Of a stretch of 64,000 nt of DNA, positions 29,096 through 42,022 are shown one piece after another (position 1 is the first letter of the stretch; the number at the start of each line of letters is the position of its first letter). Source of the stretch: Eledone cirrhosa (taxonomy: Eukaryota); the NCBI GenBank assembly GCA_964016885.1, contig OZ024748.1, forward strand, positions 9,672,001 to 9,736,000, given 5' to 3'. The notes beneath the pieces were generated by a model, which was given only the letters and a program-made list of their open reading frames with translations, had not been told where the DNA came from and did not search any database. Made by a program: the position numbers and the translations under genes.

Positions 29096-29429
29096 TAACT
29101 CTTTAGCATGTATCTGGCCAGAATTCTCTCACCTCTTTCTGTTCAAACCAATCACTCTTACTGATGTTAAGGTATTGTTCTCAAAATAACATCCAAATCT
29201 CATAGATTTGATATTATGTGAGGTAGTATGTGAGGTAAAGCCTTTACTGTAAAAATACAATAGTATATATAGAGTAATGTAAATGTTATGTGGGGTATTA
29301 TGTGAGGTAAAGCCTTTACCATGAAAATACAATAGTATATATAGAGTAATATAAATGTTATGTGAGGTAAAGACTTTACTGTGAAAATATAATAGTATAT
29401 ATAGAGTAATGTAAATACTAAAGGGTTAA
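29096..29429. mobile_element. MITE family A copy with internal tandem triplication
   Basis: Segment tgtgaggtaaagcctttac..aatagtatatatagagtaat present 3 times before the aagggttaa end. Confidence 0.78.
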
Positions 29430-29769
29430 TACAATCATACTTTATATTACCATGAATATATCTACCAATATGTCACTACCTACAGTAACACTGAGCATAT
29501 GGCTGATACCTGCTCTGTTTCACATCACAACTCTTCAATCACATTATTTTCAATATATATATATAATGTATATATCTATATATACTATATTGTGTGAAAT
29601 ATATGGCATACTGGTGTATACTATCCTAGGTAGCCCAAGTTTCATGAAGCAAGTTGATGCTACATATTTCATACAATATAGTCTATTTACCTCTATGATT
29701 AGATATTAAAAGCTCTTTCTTTAGTGATTACAACATATTCAGGCAACAATCATCATCATCATCCAGTTT

Positions 29770-30050
29770 TTTATTATGCAGGACACAATTAATCCCTAAA
29801 TAGGTGTAGGTCCTGTCTGACCGCTCCATGTTTTCTGTCTGCTAGTCTCCCTTGGGCCAGGCCAACCCTAGCTTAATCCCGATGGACATCCTCCATCCAA
29901 GTCCTTTTTGGTCTTCCTGGCCCTCTACTGCCTCCTGGATCAACATTCATCACTTTGAAGTACATCCTTGAGGTTGTCGATCAGCAGTCTTTTCAGGAGC
30001 TCAGTTGAGCTGACATCATTCTCAGTGGTGACACCACAGATACAGTGGAT
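29770..30050 (-). mobile_element. RTE-like LINE 3' fragment
   Basis: GRPKRTWMEDV motif followed by a (GAT)n tail. Confidence 0.65.
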
Positions 30051-30189
30051 CATAACTCTTTCATTTCTTCTATATATAGATATCTATAGGGGAATATGTG
30101 TGTGTGTGTGTAAAAGGTAAACATAAATAATAACAAATGGTACAGTATATAGAAGGAATATATTAATTCAACGCTTGAAATAGCAGGAA

Positions 30190-31050
30190 GAGGATGTGTG
30201 CGTTTGTTAGATAAGTGTGTAACAGGCACCACTATGGAGTTACATACCTGATGGTGCTGGTCAACCTGGATCACAAGTCTGTCTGAGGTTATGCCACATT
30301 GGATGGCACCCAATTTACTTTTGGGTGACTGGATATTTATAGAGCAGGTGTTGGACGTCCACAGAACTGAGGCTGAGCTGGTTCCAGGTGGAATGGACTG
30401 CTCCATGTTCTCTAATCACAGCAGGTTCTGTTGTGGAGAACCTTGTTGAAGAATACATGGCAGGTCACTGACAAAGGAGATGCTGGAAAAAACCAGTGAG
30501 AGTGGAGACTTCCATATCTGATGGGTAAGGTGGCAAGTTGCCATCTAGTGTCATTAAACCAGATGTTGAATATCTCTTCAGCATTGTGCTGGATACAGGT
30601 GTCGAGACCCATGAGGAGAAATATGTGACTGTAGCAAGAAGGGTCATTGTGGAAGGTTTATATAGAAGCTGTTGCATGATAAAGTAGTTCAACAGGAAAA
30701 GAGCCGAATGTGCATTGATTAGGTTCAGTCAGCTCGTAAATGTTTTGAGCTGATGAAGCCTGGAACTGAGGGTCAAATGGAGAGGATTGGTTAACTGGGA
30801 ATAAGAATGTTTTCATTTTGGACACCTTCACCCAGTGGAATATTGATTGCATGTCCAAGGAGGAGGTTGAGAAGCCCTCAACATTGTAATTGACATTGAC
30901 AACCTCTGACTTACTTGAGTTGATACCAGATCAGATATCGTGCTAGTCTCCATAAGCCCACTCATCATTGCATCATCCAGATACCACATGTTGAATGCTG
31001 TGATGCTCCCAAAAGCAATGTTGTCTACCCCAAGATGAGTGGGTTCAATG
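30190..31050 (-). mobile_element. Degraded CRE-like (RLE-type) non-LTR retrotransposon RT fragment
   Basis: LGVDNIA..FNMWYLDDA (about 30972-30995) and WQLATLPIRYGSL (cf. W.QA.LP.R.GGLG); many stops. Confidence 0.65.
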
Positions 31051-31730
31051 TATCACCCAGTTGAATGCAGGTTGAAGTTGATATGACCTTATCTGCAGTG
31101 AGAAGCATGCTTGGAGACCCATATGACAAGTAGGCCAGTATTCACAATTGTTCCTACAATTGAAAAACAAAAAATAAAATAAAATGTATGGTCACTGAGA
31201 AACCAGATGGCCCCTAAAAACTGGGAATTTTCTAGGGTTGAGAGAAACAATGAAGTTCTGTGAACTGTCACTTGTTCACACTTTAGGCCTTATATAAGTA
31301 CTTCAAGTATCGAGGAGTACTCTGTTGAGAAATGGTCTAACCAGTTTCAAACTGAATCCATCCTGATGTGTGTGTGTGTACATATGTATATTTATGTATG
31401 TATATATATGTGTGTGTGTGTGTGTGTTCTCATCATTCCATACAATCAATACACACTGCTATACCTTCATGGAAAGGTATGTGGGAAAAACAACCACTAA
31501 CAAAGCATAAAATTGTGAGTAAATAAATTTTAGAAACTTTATTTCTTTATAAGATCTTTTGAAATATTAAATGAACCAAATTGATTCCCTTCTGCTATTA
31601 TCACAATTGAGTTTTTTTTTTAATGATTGAAATATGAATGACGATGGGCTTTTTTGCAGTTCAGTGAAGTGTAAGCAAGTTAAAAATTATAAAAGCCAGC
31701 TTCTAATATAGAATTGATGTTTTGGAAATA

Positions 31731-32264
31731 TTAAACCTCAGAAGAAAACACTTGATAGATTTTTAAGTCGAATTTATATGATTTCTCTTCTTGAGAAACT
31801 AAACGAAATGGTCTAGCTGTTGAAATACACTTCCTAGTCAAACAAAATATGTCTGTAAACGAATAAAAATTATGTAAGAAATCCTGTATCTTAGTAATTA
31901 CAGTCTTTATGAATATTATGAAGTTCCAGTAGTTCTTGCTTCAGCTTTCACGTATATACCTATCTTCAAAAAATATGTCTCCGTTTTTATATTCTGACGG
32001 CGTGACTTGCTTTATAAAAGAAACTACCCATCCAATGATCCCGCGATCTTTTCCAACAGGAATCTCTTCAATGTTTTTGGAGTAAACTTTCGTTGATCTT
32101 TGATGTGTGTTTTTCTTTTTACCGTTGAATTCTAGTTTTACAAATTTAATTTTTCTACCTCGAGTCTGGGACCTTGTTCGTGGACCGTGTCTTTTTAATG
32201 CTATGAATCCACCCTTCATTTTATCAATTTCTTGATTTATTTTAGAAATTGTATCGTCGAAACT
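31731..32264 (-). other. Orphan exon-like reading frame (107 codons + TGA + 69 codons + TAA), unknown product
   Basis: Acceptor gttttaactgttatag| then SFDDTISKINQEIDKMKGG...YIRES*SKNYWNF...VFSSEV*; no homolog recognised. Confidence 0.4.
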
Positions 32265-35200
32265 CTATAACAGTTAAAACAACTTTAACTCGTCTACAGC
32301 AACAATGATTTTAAATTATTTTTTCTTTTTAATCATTTTTTTATTACATCATTAATTAATTTCTACGTCATAATGATCAGAATGTAAATTTAAAATATTG
32401 GTTCTTACGTGTTCGAAGGTTTAATGACACCTGCGGGTAGCCAACTCTGTGCCGATGGTGGTGAGTAGGGAGGTGGTCCTAGGGCCAAGGACACCAGAGC
32501 CTCTCAAATTGTTTAAAGGGAGGAATAAAGGTATCTTCAGATTGGAGATGTTACTTGAATGCTTGCAACAGATCTGAGTTTGGTAAGACACTGAAAAACC
32601 AGATGATGATATTAAAACGGGCATATATTCACACCTCTAAACATTCCCGCCTCTATATCTTCCCGCCCCCTATATATTCCTGTCACTAAACATTCAAGGG
32701 CCGATATCAGCCCTAGTTTTTCTGAATCATTTATCAACAAATATCATTTGTTCTGCTTCTCTCATTTTTTTCCAATCTTTCAGATATTTTCATATGTTGC
32801 AATCTTCAGGCGGGAGGTGTTCGATAACATCTCTCTATCCAATAACACCATTATACTTTCTCTTTACATTGGCTTCATAAAACTTATAAAATATGTTCAT
32901 ACATCTGGGTTTTTTTTCTATCATTTCCATAATGTTGTTATCATACTTCTCTTGGGAAAGTGTTCTTGCACTGCTCCAAGAACATATTACAAACTCAGTA
33001 GCGTAGTTGGGGAGGGTGGTCCACCTGGGCGGCACTTTTGGGTCTTCTGTAGGATATAAGCGTTATTTTAATGTTGCGGCATATTATTATAATTGTACAC
33101 AGACTAGTGTATATATATATATATATATATGAGGGGGGGGGGGGGGTTTAACATACACACATAGGTACTCTATGCCGAATTAAAAACTGTAATCCTCTGC
33201 ATTTCCGGATTCTGAAACTCAGGTATGGTGTTTTACACTCCACTCTTGCCTCATTTGCTCTTAAAATGCACCACCCCATGATAGTGTAAAGATCGTAATC
33301 CTTTGCATTTCCCGATTCTGACACATAGCCTTTATACTTCAGTCAATATTTTCCAAATCTTTCAAACTTTAATATCGGCTATAACACACACGCACTTTAT
33401 TCTTCTTTGATATTTGATATTGGCTATAACAAACACGCATTTTATTCATTTATTTATTTACTTCTTCGTTTTATTGTATCGTATCTTATTATTTTATCTT
33501 ATTTTTTTATATTTTATTTCTTCATTTTACCTTATCTTATTCCATTATCTGTTTGGCACCCCCCACCACGTGAAAGGGTGGTAGGATTGATGCCAACCCA
33601 CATACACTCATTCTTCTAAAGACAGCAGCAGTAGAACTAAGGCTGACCCCCTAACACCAATAAACACAAGGGAGGAGGTCAGCTGTACTTAACAAAAACA
33701 ACCACAGCAGATTGTCTTGCCTCAGGAAAAAAATCTCTATAGACTTTTGACTGAAGAATGTTCTCACAACTGACCAATGGGAGGAGAGTGTCCTATGATG
33801 CCGAAATTCGTTTGTTAGAATTCATATGATTCCAGTTCCTCAGAGAAATAACAACCCAACCAGGAGCTGGACATATCGGAGTATTGACGGAGTAAAACAC
33901 TTTAACAACATGTGTACCTGTCTCTACCACACCAATTCGAACTGCCTGAAGAGGTCACAGCCAATGATGGCTGTCACCGAAATATATATAGCAGTACATC
34001 TTTAATAAACGAAACCAAATCTTAAATATTTGACTTAATTATTTTATTTTATATATATATATATATTGGAGAGAGAGAACTTTAAAAGCGAGTCACTGAG
34101 CAGTATATATTTTTTGTGGGGACCCGCGCCGGCAAACTGAAGGGCTGACCCGGGCGGAACACTCTAACTATATCACTGTACAAACTACAAGTAAAAAATA
34201 CCATTAAAAATAATTTCACCCTTATTTCATGTTTCCCTATTTTTAGCTTACCAACATTGCAATTTCTTTATCTTATAATTCTGTGTTTACCAATATCTAA
34301 AGTCCGTTGTAAATATAACATCATCATCACGACTGAGAACTAAAAACTATTTACACTGATTATTGATTTTTATAAATAAACAAGGTCTTTTGTATAATCG
34401 ATCAATTTATTATATTATTAGTTCTTGTCTCATCGAATTTCGAAGGAGCTGAAAAGCAAACTCCATCTACCACGAAAGTGATGTACTATCATATAAATAT
34501 GACCCCACCTTTCACTCATTGTATCAATTACAAAGGTCCTATATTGATACAATAAACAAATCTTTTTTTTTTTTTGCTTCTCATAAAACGTTTTTTCCTA
34601 AAACTTAAATTATTTTTACAATATTAACTGAAGAACTGTGTACATACAGTTTGAAATGTTCCACGCTTCCGGGTAACAAGAATTCGGCTCATCTTTTCTT
34701 ACAGGAAATGTTTCTTCATCCATCATATAAATCCAATGCTTAAATTGTCATTTAACATTTTAGTATTTTTAAATGTTTACTTAAAGTTAGTCAGGAAAGG
34801 GAGCACCCATGAGCCTGTTTTTATTGGGTCCAAGAGTGGTGGATGGAAAGGAGAAAGGCTATCCTCTGACCAGGGACCTGCAACAAAGTAAACTTTATTA
34901 AAGGTAACCTGAAACGTTTTAAAAATAGGAAGGGGTCTATTTTGTCAGTCCCGGTAAAATAGACCCCCAGGCTGTTTTGCCGGACATCATGCTTTGCAGC
35001 ATAGAGTTGCGTCTCTTTACGTTCTGAGTTCAAATCCCGCCAAGGTCTATATTTTAGGCGGGACCGCGGCAAAGTACCGACGCGTTAAAATATTTTGGGC
35101 GGGTATCTTTCTCCCTCCCGCTCCCTATATATATGGCCCTACATCATCACTGCTTCAGAGTGTTGGAGACAGCCGGAGTGAGCACAATGCAAAATATCAG

Positions 35201-36067
35201 AGGAGATAACATTGAAAAAAATATACCACAGTTAATACTGCTAGAATTTATAATTCCATCACTGTGTGACAATGATAAGATTTAAATTCCATATAGACAT
35301 GTTATATTTTAGGAAGTTTGATAGTTTGAGGGAAATTTCCAGAACATTCCAAGTTTTCAAAATCCATGAGTGGGGAAACACTATCAAATAGTTTTTATAT
35401 TCAATCGAAGCAGTACTCAAACTTCTGTGCTTGTAATGACAGTATTCCAGGATTATAGAGTTAATGAGAAGTTGGTCTTTGTAACACGGACGGCGACAAC
35501 CTGATAAATAGGGAAAATATGATTTTCGTCCATAAATTTATTCTGAGGCAGAAATTTTGTATGATGTGGGAAGAAGGTAAATGATAAGATGATAATTTTT
35601 TATATGTTTCTGTTGAGTTTAATAAGAGATGTGTTGTGCAAACCTATTGAGAACTTTTCTCAGGTTTGTGTATAATGTCGTTATAACATTTGACTAACAT
35701 ATCATGGCCAGCAGTTTGAGAGGATAAACTTGTAACTTTATCAATGCCAGGAGATTTCCATTTGTTGACTTTCTTTATATATACATACGTATGTGAATAA
35801 TAATAATGATAATGAAATTATTGTGTACAGTGCTCAGGTGCACTACAACTCATCAAAGGTGCATGTATAGTACATAGAATAATGTACAAATGTCAGGAAA
35901 ATAAACAGTGTATGAGTCATGATATAATAACATATACATACGCGCGCACATATATATATATACGTGTGTGTGTGTATATATATATATACATATGTATCTT
36001 CTTCGCCCACTTATTCCTGTCAAGCATCCATCTCCAACAGATCCGACTGGATCCCCAAGCGTGACCA

Positions 36068-36960
36068 GCCAAGCTCGTGGTTGTTATCCAACCATCTTAC
36101 TTGGGGTCTACTCCTGGGGTGACTTTCTGATCTCCGAGCTACAAATCTGTCAAGCGATTCTTTCCTGAGACATTCTAACCACATGAGCTGTGATTTCTCA
36201 ATTCAGAGAAGTAGTAGTTCTACCTGGAGTGACTTTCTGATATCTGAGCTACGCATTTTATCGAGTAACGTTACTCCAAAGAACCTTCGGAGGAACCCCA
36301 TTTCGGCCGCCTGTATTCGCGATCGTATTCTTTCGGTCATTACCCAAGATTGAAGACCATATGTAAGGGTTGGCACGAATACCGAATCGATTTTCATTCC
36401 AGCTATGAGAATAACACATGTCGAGTTAAATAACACCATGTCGTCTACAACTGCCCGCCAATTGATTGTACAGCCGCCTGTCGTGATACCACTTCCAACA
36501 ATTCTGTCGATGAAAATAATGGTTTCGGATATAGGCACCAGGAATTTTGGGGAAAGTGGAAAGTCTGTTAAATCGACCCCAGTACGTTACTGGTACTTTA
36601 TTTAGCGACCCCCGTAAGGATGAAAGGAAACTTCATGAGGTGACAGTGTCGAGTTAAGTAACACCATGTCGTCTGCAAATTCCCGCCAGTCGTGATACCA
36701 CTTCCAATAATCCTGTTGATAAACATAAACCAGGGAGGCTTAACAAGGAGATCCCTCTGCAATTGGAACAACCTCTCTTGTCTCCCTTTTTGAAAATTGG
36801 GATTATCACTCCCGATTGCCATTGCTTAGGTACCTTTCCAGAGATCCAGGCCACCCGCCACACGAGTCAGACAGAGAAAGAATACCTTCTCTATTTAAGG
36901 TTTTTAACATCTCTGGCCGGATTTCATCTTCCCCAGCAGCCTTGTTACATTTGAGCTCTT
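36068..36960 (-). mobile_element. Rearranged RTE-like LINE fragments
   Basis: GKVPKQWQSGVIIPIFKKGD..CSNCRGISLLSLPG and PTLTYGLQSWVMTERIRSRIQAAEMGFLRR; related bits near 51780-52050 and 57630-57740. Confidence 0.82.
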
Positions 36961-37672
36961 AAGACCTCAGCCTCTGAAACATGCTACAAACATAAATGTC
37001 GTCTATTTTTCAATCAATTTTGTAAACTTTCACAGCGGCTTATTTTATCGATCTCTTAAAAGAAAAAAATAATTTCTTATGTTACGGACATTTTTGTAAA
37101 ATGCCGGGAAGACCAGGGAAACAATTTTGTTCTGAACAAAATTGTTGTTTTTTTTTTGTGATAAATGTATTAATAAAAACAATTTGATTGTAAAAAAATA
37201 TATATATAAAAAGGAAAGGCAGAGCAAGGGGCTCTTTTTCTTGTTTTAGGCAATGTTAGTTGTAGCTACGAAATCTCCCTCAAACCATAAATACATTTAA
37301 TGTCAGAATATTATAGAAATGGCAAAGATATTTTAGTCTTGTTCAAATCTATTTTAATAAGCATCTCTACAAAATTTCAATAAAAATTATGAAAGTTATG
37401 AACATAAATGTCACTATTTTAGAAAACTCTCGTAAATTTTACGGTGCAAGGGAGGTAATCATGTAACCAGTAAATAGAATAGCAGTGATTATTTCCCTTT
37501 GTAAAATTTCGTCCCTTCTAGTGGACATTTATGTAGTTAACAACTGTGCTAGAAATGGCAGACAAATCTTCACATCACACATATATTTTAGAATGCTAGA
37601 AATAGTTGCCAAATTTCACTTATTATTTTAGTGATGACCTATGAAAAGAATTATAAATATATCTTTAATAAT

Positions 37673-37775
37673 TGTTTCTACTTTTGGCACAAGGCCAGCA
37701 ATTACCCAGTACATTACTGGTACTTTATTTTATCGACCCCGTAAGGATGAAAGGCAAAGTTAACCTCGGCGGGAT
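37673..37775 (-). mobile_element. 5'-truncated SINE copy with 19-bp TSD
   Basis: taaatatatctttaataat at 37654-37672 and 37776-37794. Confidence 0.82.
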
Positions 37776-38077
37776 TAAATATATCTTTAATAATAATAAC
37801 TGTTGCTATCTTTGGTGTTTGTTATATATATATATGTGCTCTACGGTTCTTATATATTTGATATATATTTATCCTTAACGATCCCTCTTTGGATTTTAGT
37901 CTTCAAATTTATTATTATTACTATATATATAACAAACACCAAAGATATTTCTGAAGACGGCGGGCAGTGAAGACGTATGTATATTTTCTTACTATGATAT
38001 TTTGTAATATATTTTACATAGATCAATAATAGAATGGACATACGGGGAACTACCCCCCAGAAATGATCGTAAAATAA

Positions 38078-38256
38078 TTGTTTCTACTTTAGGCACAAGG
38101 CCAGCAATTACCCAGTGCATTACTGGTACTTTATTTTATCGACCCCGTAAGGATGAAATGCAAAGTCAACCTCGGCGGGATTTGAACTCAGATCGTAAAG
38201 GGACGTAACTATACTGGAAAGCATGGCGTCCGACCCTCTACCGATACTGCCAATCC
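38078..38256 (-). mobile_element. Same tRNA-type SINE, near full length
   Basis: High similarity to the 59607-59796 copy. Confidence 0.82.
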
Positions 38257-38529
38257 ATAATGAGTTGTACTCTGAATTAACCGTTTTTTGTTTAATTTCA
38301 TTGTTTTACTATTTGTATATATATATAGTTGTAAAGTGAAGGTGAAAATACATAGAAGTATATTTAAAGATTATTTTTTTCTTTAATCAGACAAAATGAA
38401 TCATTCTATAATTGTTGCATTAGATATAACCGGTTTCGATTGCTATACCAATCTTATCAAATATTAAATATTTAAAGAATGTTTTTCCATGTATTCTGTG
38501 AGCAATTCGAATATGAGAGTTTCCTGTCA

Positions 38530-39720
38530 AAATATCTTTTATATGTGTTCTCCCCACCGTGGCCTTGATCGTGTAATGGTATCCCTTCATGATACTATTT
38601 CCACTTGGTCTGTACACTACTCTGAAGAAATGGCTCACATTCCACCTATCAAACATCTTCACCTCCAAGTGAAATGCCATCCACAGCACCTTTCTCCAGG
38701 AATATCTCTATCAGTGTGATATCCTCTTCAGTCCCTCTCTATATCAAGATCCACCCCGGCCCGCAGTCAACCCAAAGATATGTCCCCTGTCGGTAGTGTG
38801 TCACATCCACTGCCAATAACTTCCAGTTGTGCTCCACCGGGGTGGGGTCGATAGACTGACTTCTGTTGCCAATGGCGGACTGGGTCTAAAAATATTGGTT
38901 GCCAAGAGATGAAGGGGGGCCCACCTACATATAGAATGCTATCATTTAATTTTGATTTTGAAAGTAGGTTAATAATTATTAACTTTCATTATACTTTTGT
39001 AGCTGTCTCGGTGGCCTAGTTGGAGGAATCATAGACGGTGATGACCCTGGTCGGGAGTAGGGTTGCCGGTAAACCTTTTCAGTCTTTTTTCTATGAAATG
39101 TAAAAGAAAAACTGAAAGACATGACATTACCTCTTGACCAGGATCGAACCTAAGACCAGGATATCCACCATCTCTAGTACCTACCGCTAGGCCACTGAGA
39201 CAGCTACGAAAATCTACTGAAAATTCATACTTATAACTTTCAAAATTTTCAAAACAAAATGATGTGATGTCGTTGACCAAATGCTTTGCTTAATTGTTTT
39301 ATTTATTTTGAAAAATGTTTTATTCTTTCTCTTAGACTTCAGGTATTTTTTGAAAGCTAAGCATTGGCCCCTAAAATACTACCACTTGCAATTGGGCAAC
39401 CTGGCCAGTCTGCTATTGTCTGTTGCAACACCCAACAACTTTCCTGGCTAGGAACAGGGTCCTATCCACTCCCACACGATGTATAGTATACAACCTCCTC
39501 AACTCCAAGTCACTCAGCCAACACACAGTAGCTATCCCCTTTTCCACATCTTCCGACTCTTCCAGCCAGGCTTTCTTCACCCTGATTGGGATGTCCACCT
39601 TATTTTTCACTAAGGTCACAAAGACCACTCTCAACTTGAGGCCAAATTCAGCTCTCCCAGAGTTCCCAGGTGGCGCTATGTTAGCATCTCTGCCACCCCT
39701 TTTGTTCACCTATCACTGTC
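38530..39720 (-). mobile_element. Gypsy-like LTR retrotransposon integrase relic split by an about 0.5-kb insert
   Basis: NKVD...HRVGVDRTLFLARKV / QSIDPTP..WKLLAVDVTHY..VDCGP / FRVVYRPSGNS..HYTIK. Confidence 0.72.
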
Positions 39721-39730
39721 TACCCCAGCA

Positions 39731-39812
39731 CATTGACTTCTACTCTTTGGTGACATATTGATATAACATTGACTTCTACTCTTTGGTGACATATTGATAT
39801 AACATTGACTTC
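39731..39812. repeat. 35-bp tandem repeat x2.3
   Basis: cattgacttctactctttggtgacatattgatataa. Confidence 0.85.
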
Positions 39813-40154
39813 TTATATCATTTACTTTGTAAAATGTTTTCTATAACATATCTCTCTCATCTTCTTCTAACCTAAAAGCAACAATCATCATCATCATCAT
39901 ATATTTCTTTCATTTGTTTTCTCTAGATCTATATGTATTTATATATTTTTTATTCATAGACAAGATAGAAGAGAATAGAATAGCTTCTGGGATATAATAG
40001 AGAGAGAGAAAGAAGAGAGGGAGAGAGAGAGAGAAAGGAAGGAAGGGAGAGATAGTGATAGTGTGATGTGACAATGGTGTCAAGGTTTGGGTGTCAATTA
40101 GAAAGTTTAGAGATGATATATATAAACACAACTGTTTTCTTTGCATGAATGTGA

Positions 40155-40186
<32 letters not shown>

Positions 40187-40188
<2 letters not shown>

Positions 40189-40748
40189 CTGAAGCACAGT
40201 CATATATACTGGAACACAGACATATATATATAATACTGAAGCACAGTCATATATACTGGAACACAGACATATATATATATATATATATATATATACTGGA
40301 ACACAGACATATATATATATATATACTGGAACACAGACATATATATATATACACTGGAACACACATATATATATATATATATATATACACTGGAACACAG
40401 ACATATATATACACTGGAACACAGACATATATATACACTGAAACACAGACATATATATACACTGGAACACAGACATATATATATATATATGTACACTGGA
40501 ACACAGACACATATATATATACACTGGAACACAGACATATATATATATATAAACACTGGAACACAGACATATATATATACACTGAAACACAGACATATAT
40601 ATATATATATATACACTGGAACACAGACATATATATATATATATATATAAACACTGGAACACAGACATATATATACACTGAAACACAGACATATATATAC
40701 ACTGAAACACAGACATATATATACACTGGAACACAGACATATATATAC
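40187..40748. repeat. Composite minisatellite: ACTGGAACACAGAC + variable (AT)n, about 20 units
   Basis: Constant 14-mer separated by AT runs of different lengths. Confidence 0.93.
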
Positions 40749-40749
40749 T

Positions 40750-40876
40750 ACCTGGGTAGTTAGTACCCTCAGTTAGCCCTACAATGTGAGGGACCTGGGT
40801 AGTTAGTACCCTCAGTTAGCCCTACAATGTGAGGGACCTGGGTAGTTAGTACCCTCAGTTAGCCCTACAATGTGAG
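40750..40876. repeat. ~42-bp tandem repeat x3
   Basis: cctgggtagttagtaccctcagttagccctacaatgtgaggga. Confidence 0.93.
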
Positions 40877-40934
40877 ATACTTTAACTGTAACCCTTGTTT
40901 GTGTAGTTGAGTAAGAGAGGGGGGGGGGGAATAA

Positions 40935-41320
40935 TGTGTATGTGTACATATAGGTACATGTGTGTAAATGTTTCTGTGCATATTAATCTACATATGTATG
41001 TATATGTGTGTGCTTGTGTATATGTATGACGGTGTCTGAGTGTATATGTCTTGGTTTCCGTGTGTGTGTGTGTGTGTGTGCACGTCTGCTGCTATTGGAT
41101 GTGTGTGTGCATGTCTGTTGCTGTCTGTGTTTATTTTTCTGTCGGTGTATGTGTATATGTGTTTATTTACATGTCTGTCGCTGTGTTGTTTATATGTACA
41201 AGTCTGTGTGTGTGTGTGTATATACGTATATCTGTATGTCTGTTGGTATGTGTATTTATGTGTGTGTACACGTCTATCTATTGCTGTATGTATATGTACA
41301 TATTTGTGTATACCTATATA
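40935..41320. repeat. TG/TA-rich low-complexity tract
   Basis: Degenerate (TG)n/(TATG)n. Confidence 0.85.
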
Positions 41321-41755
41321 TAACACGGTCTACCTTATAATAAACGAATCAGATTAACTGATGACAAAGTGTTTTAAGCAGGTATATATATCAGGTGTAT
41401 AATATATATATTATATAAGTGATAGTGTTGGGAGACGGAGGAGGAAGAAACAGGAATATATTTATGTCATCTTTACAAGAAATGATGTCTGGTTTAGTAA
41501 ACAACAGGCAGAAGTCTTCTATTTATTCTAAACAACAAAATATTACGTAATTACCAATTTACTATCTCATGTTCTGGCAACAGAAATCATCAGCAGATTG
41601 TTCCTGTTATACCAGGAGTATTGTATATGGTAGAATAAATGGCAAGGAACTGGCTTGGAATAGTGGAGTTGGAAGTGGTTAAATATTTCTTTGGAAATTG
41701 CCGTGAAATCTACGTTTTTTCTGATTTATTAAGAATCCGACAAACACACACACAT

Positions 41756-41844
41756 TATTTGCCTTTCATCCTTACGGGGTCGATAAAATAAAGTACCAGT
41801 AATGTACTGGGTAATTGCTGGCCTTGTGCCAAAAGTAAAAACAA

Positions 41845-41846
<2 letters not shown>
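41756..41846 (+). mobile_element. 3' fragment of the same SINE
   Basis: ttgcctttcatccttacggggtcgataaaataaagtaccag..gccttgtgccaaaagta is the reverse complement of the other copies. Confidence 0.8.
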
Positions 41847-41916
<70 letters not shown>

Positions 41917-41990
41917 AGTATAGAAATGATTGTCAATAAGCCAACAGTATTCCATAATATTGATTCTTCCTCTATGTGTGTGTACACGTC

Positions 41991-42022
<32 letters not shown>

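Noticed and set aside
34230-34890. Several splice-like signals and short open frames on both strands
   Set aside because: Could not be chained into a consistent gene model, and no homology recognised.
39910-41357. 276-aa and overlapping Y/I/C/V-rich ORFs; repeat-spacer pattern
   Set aside because: Translations of (AT)n/(TG)n repeats; the spacers are pure AT runs, so not CRISPR.
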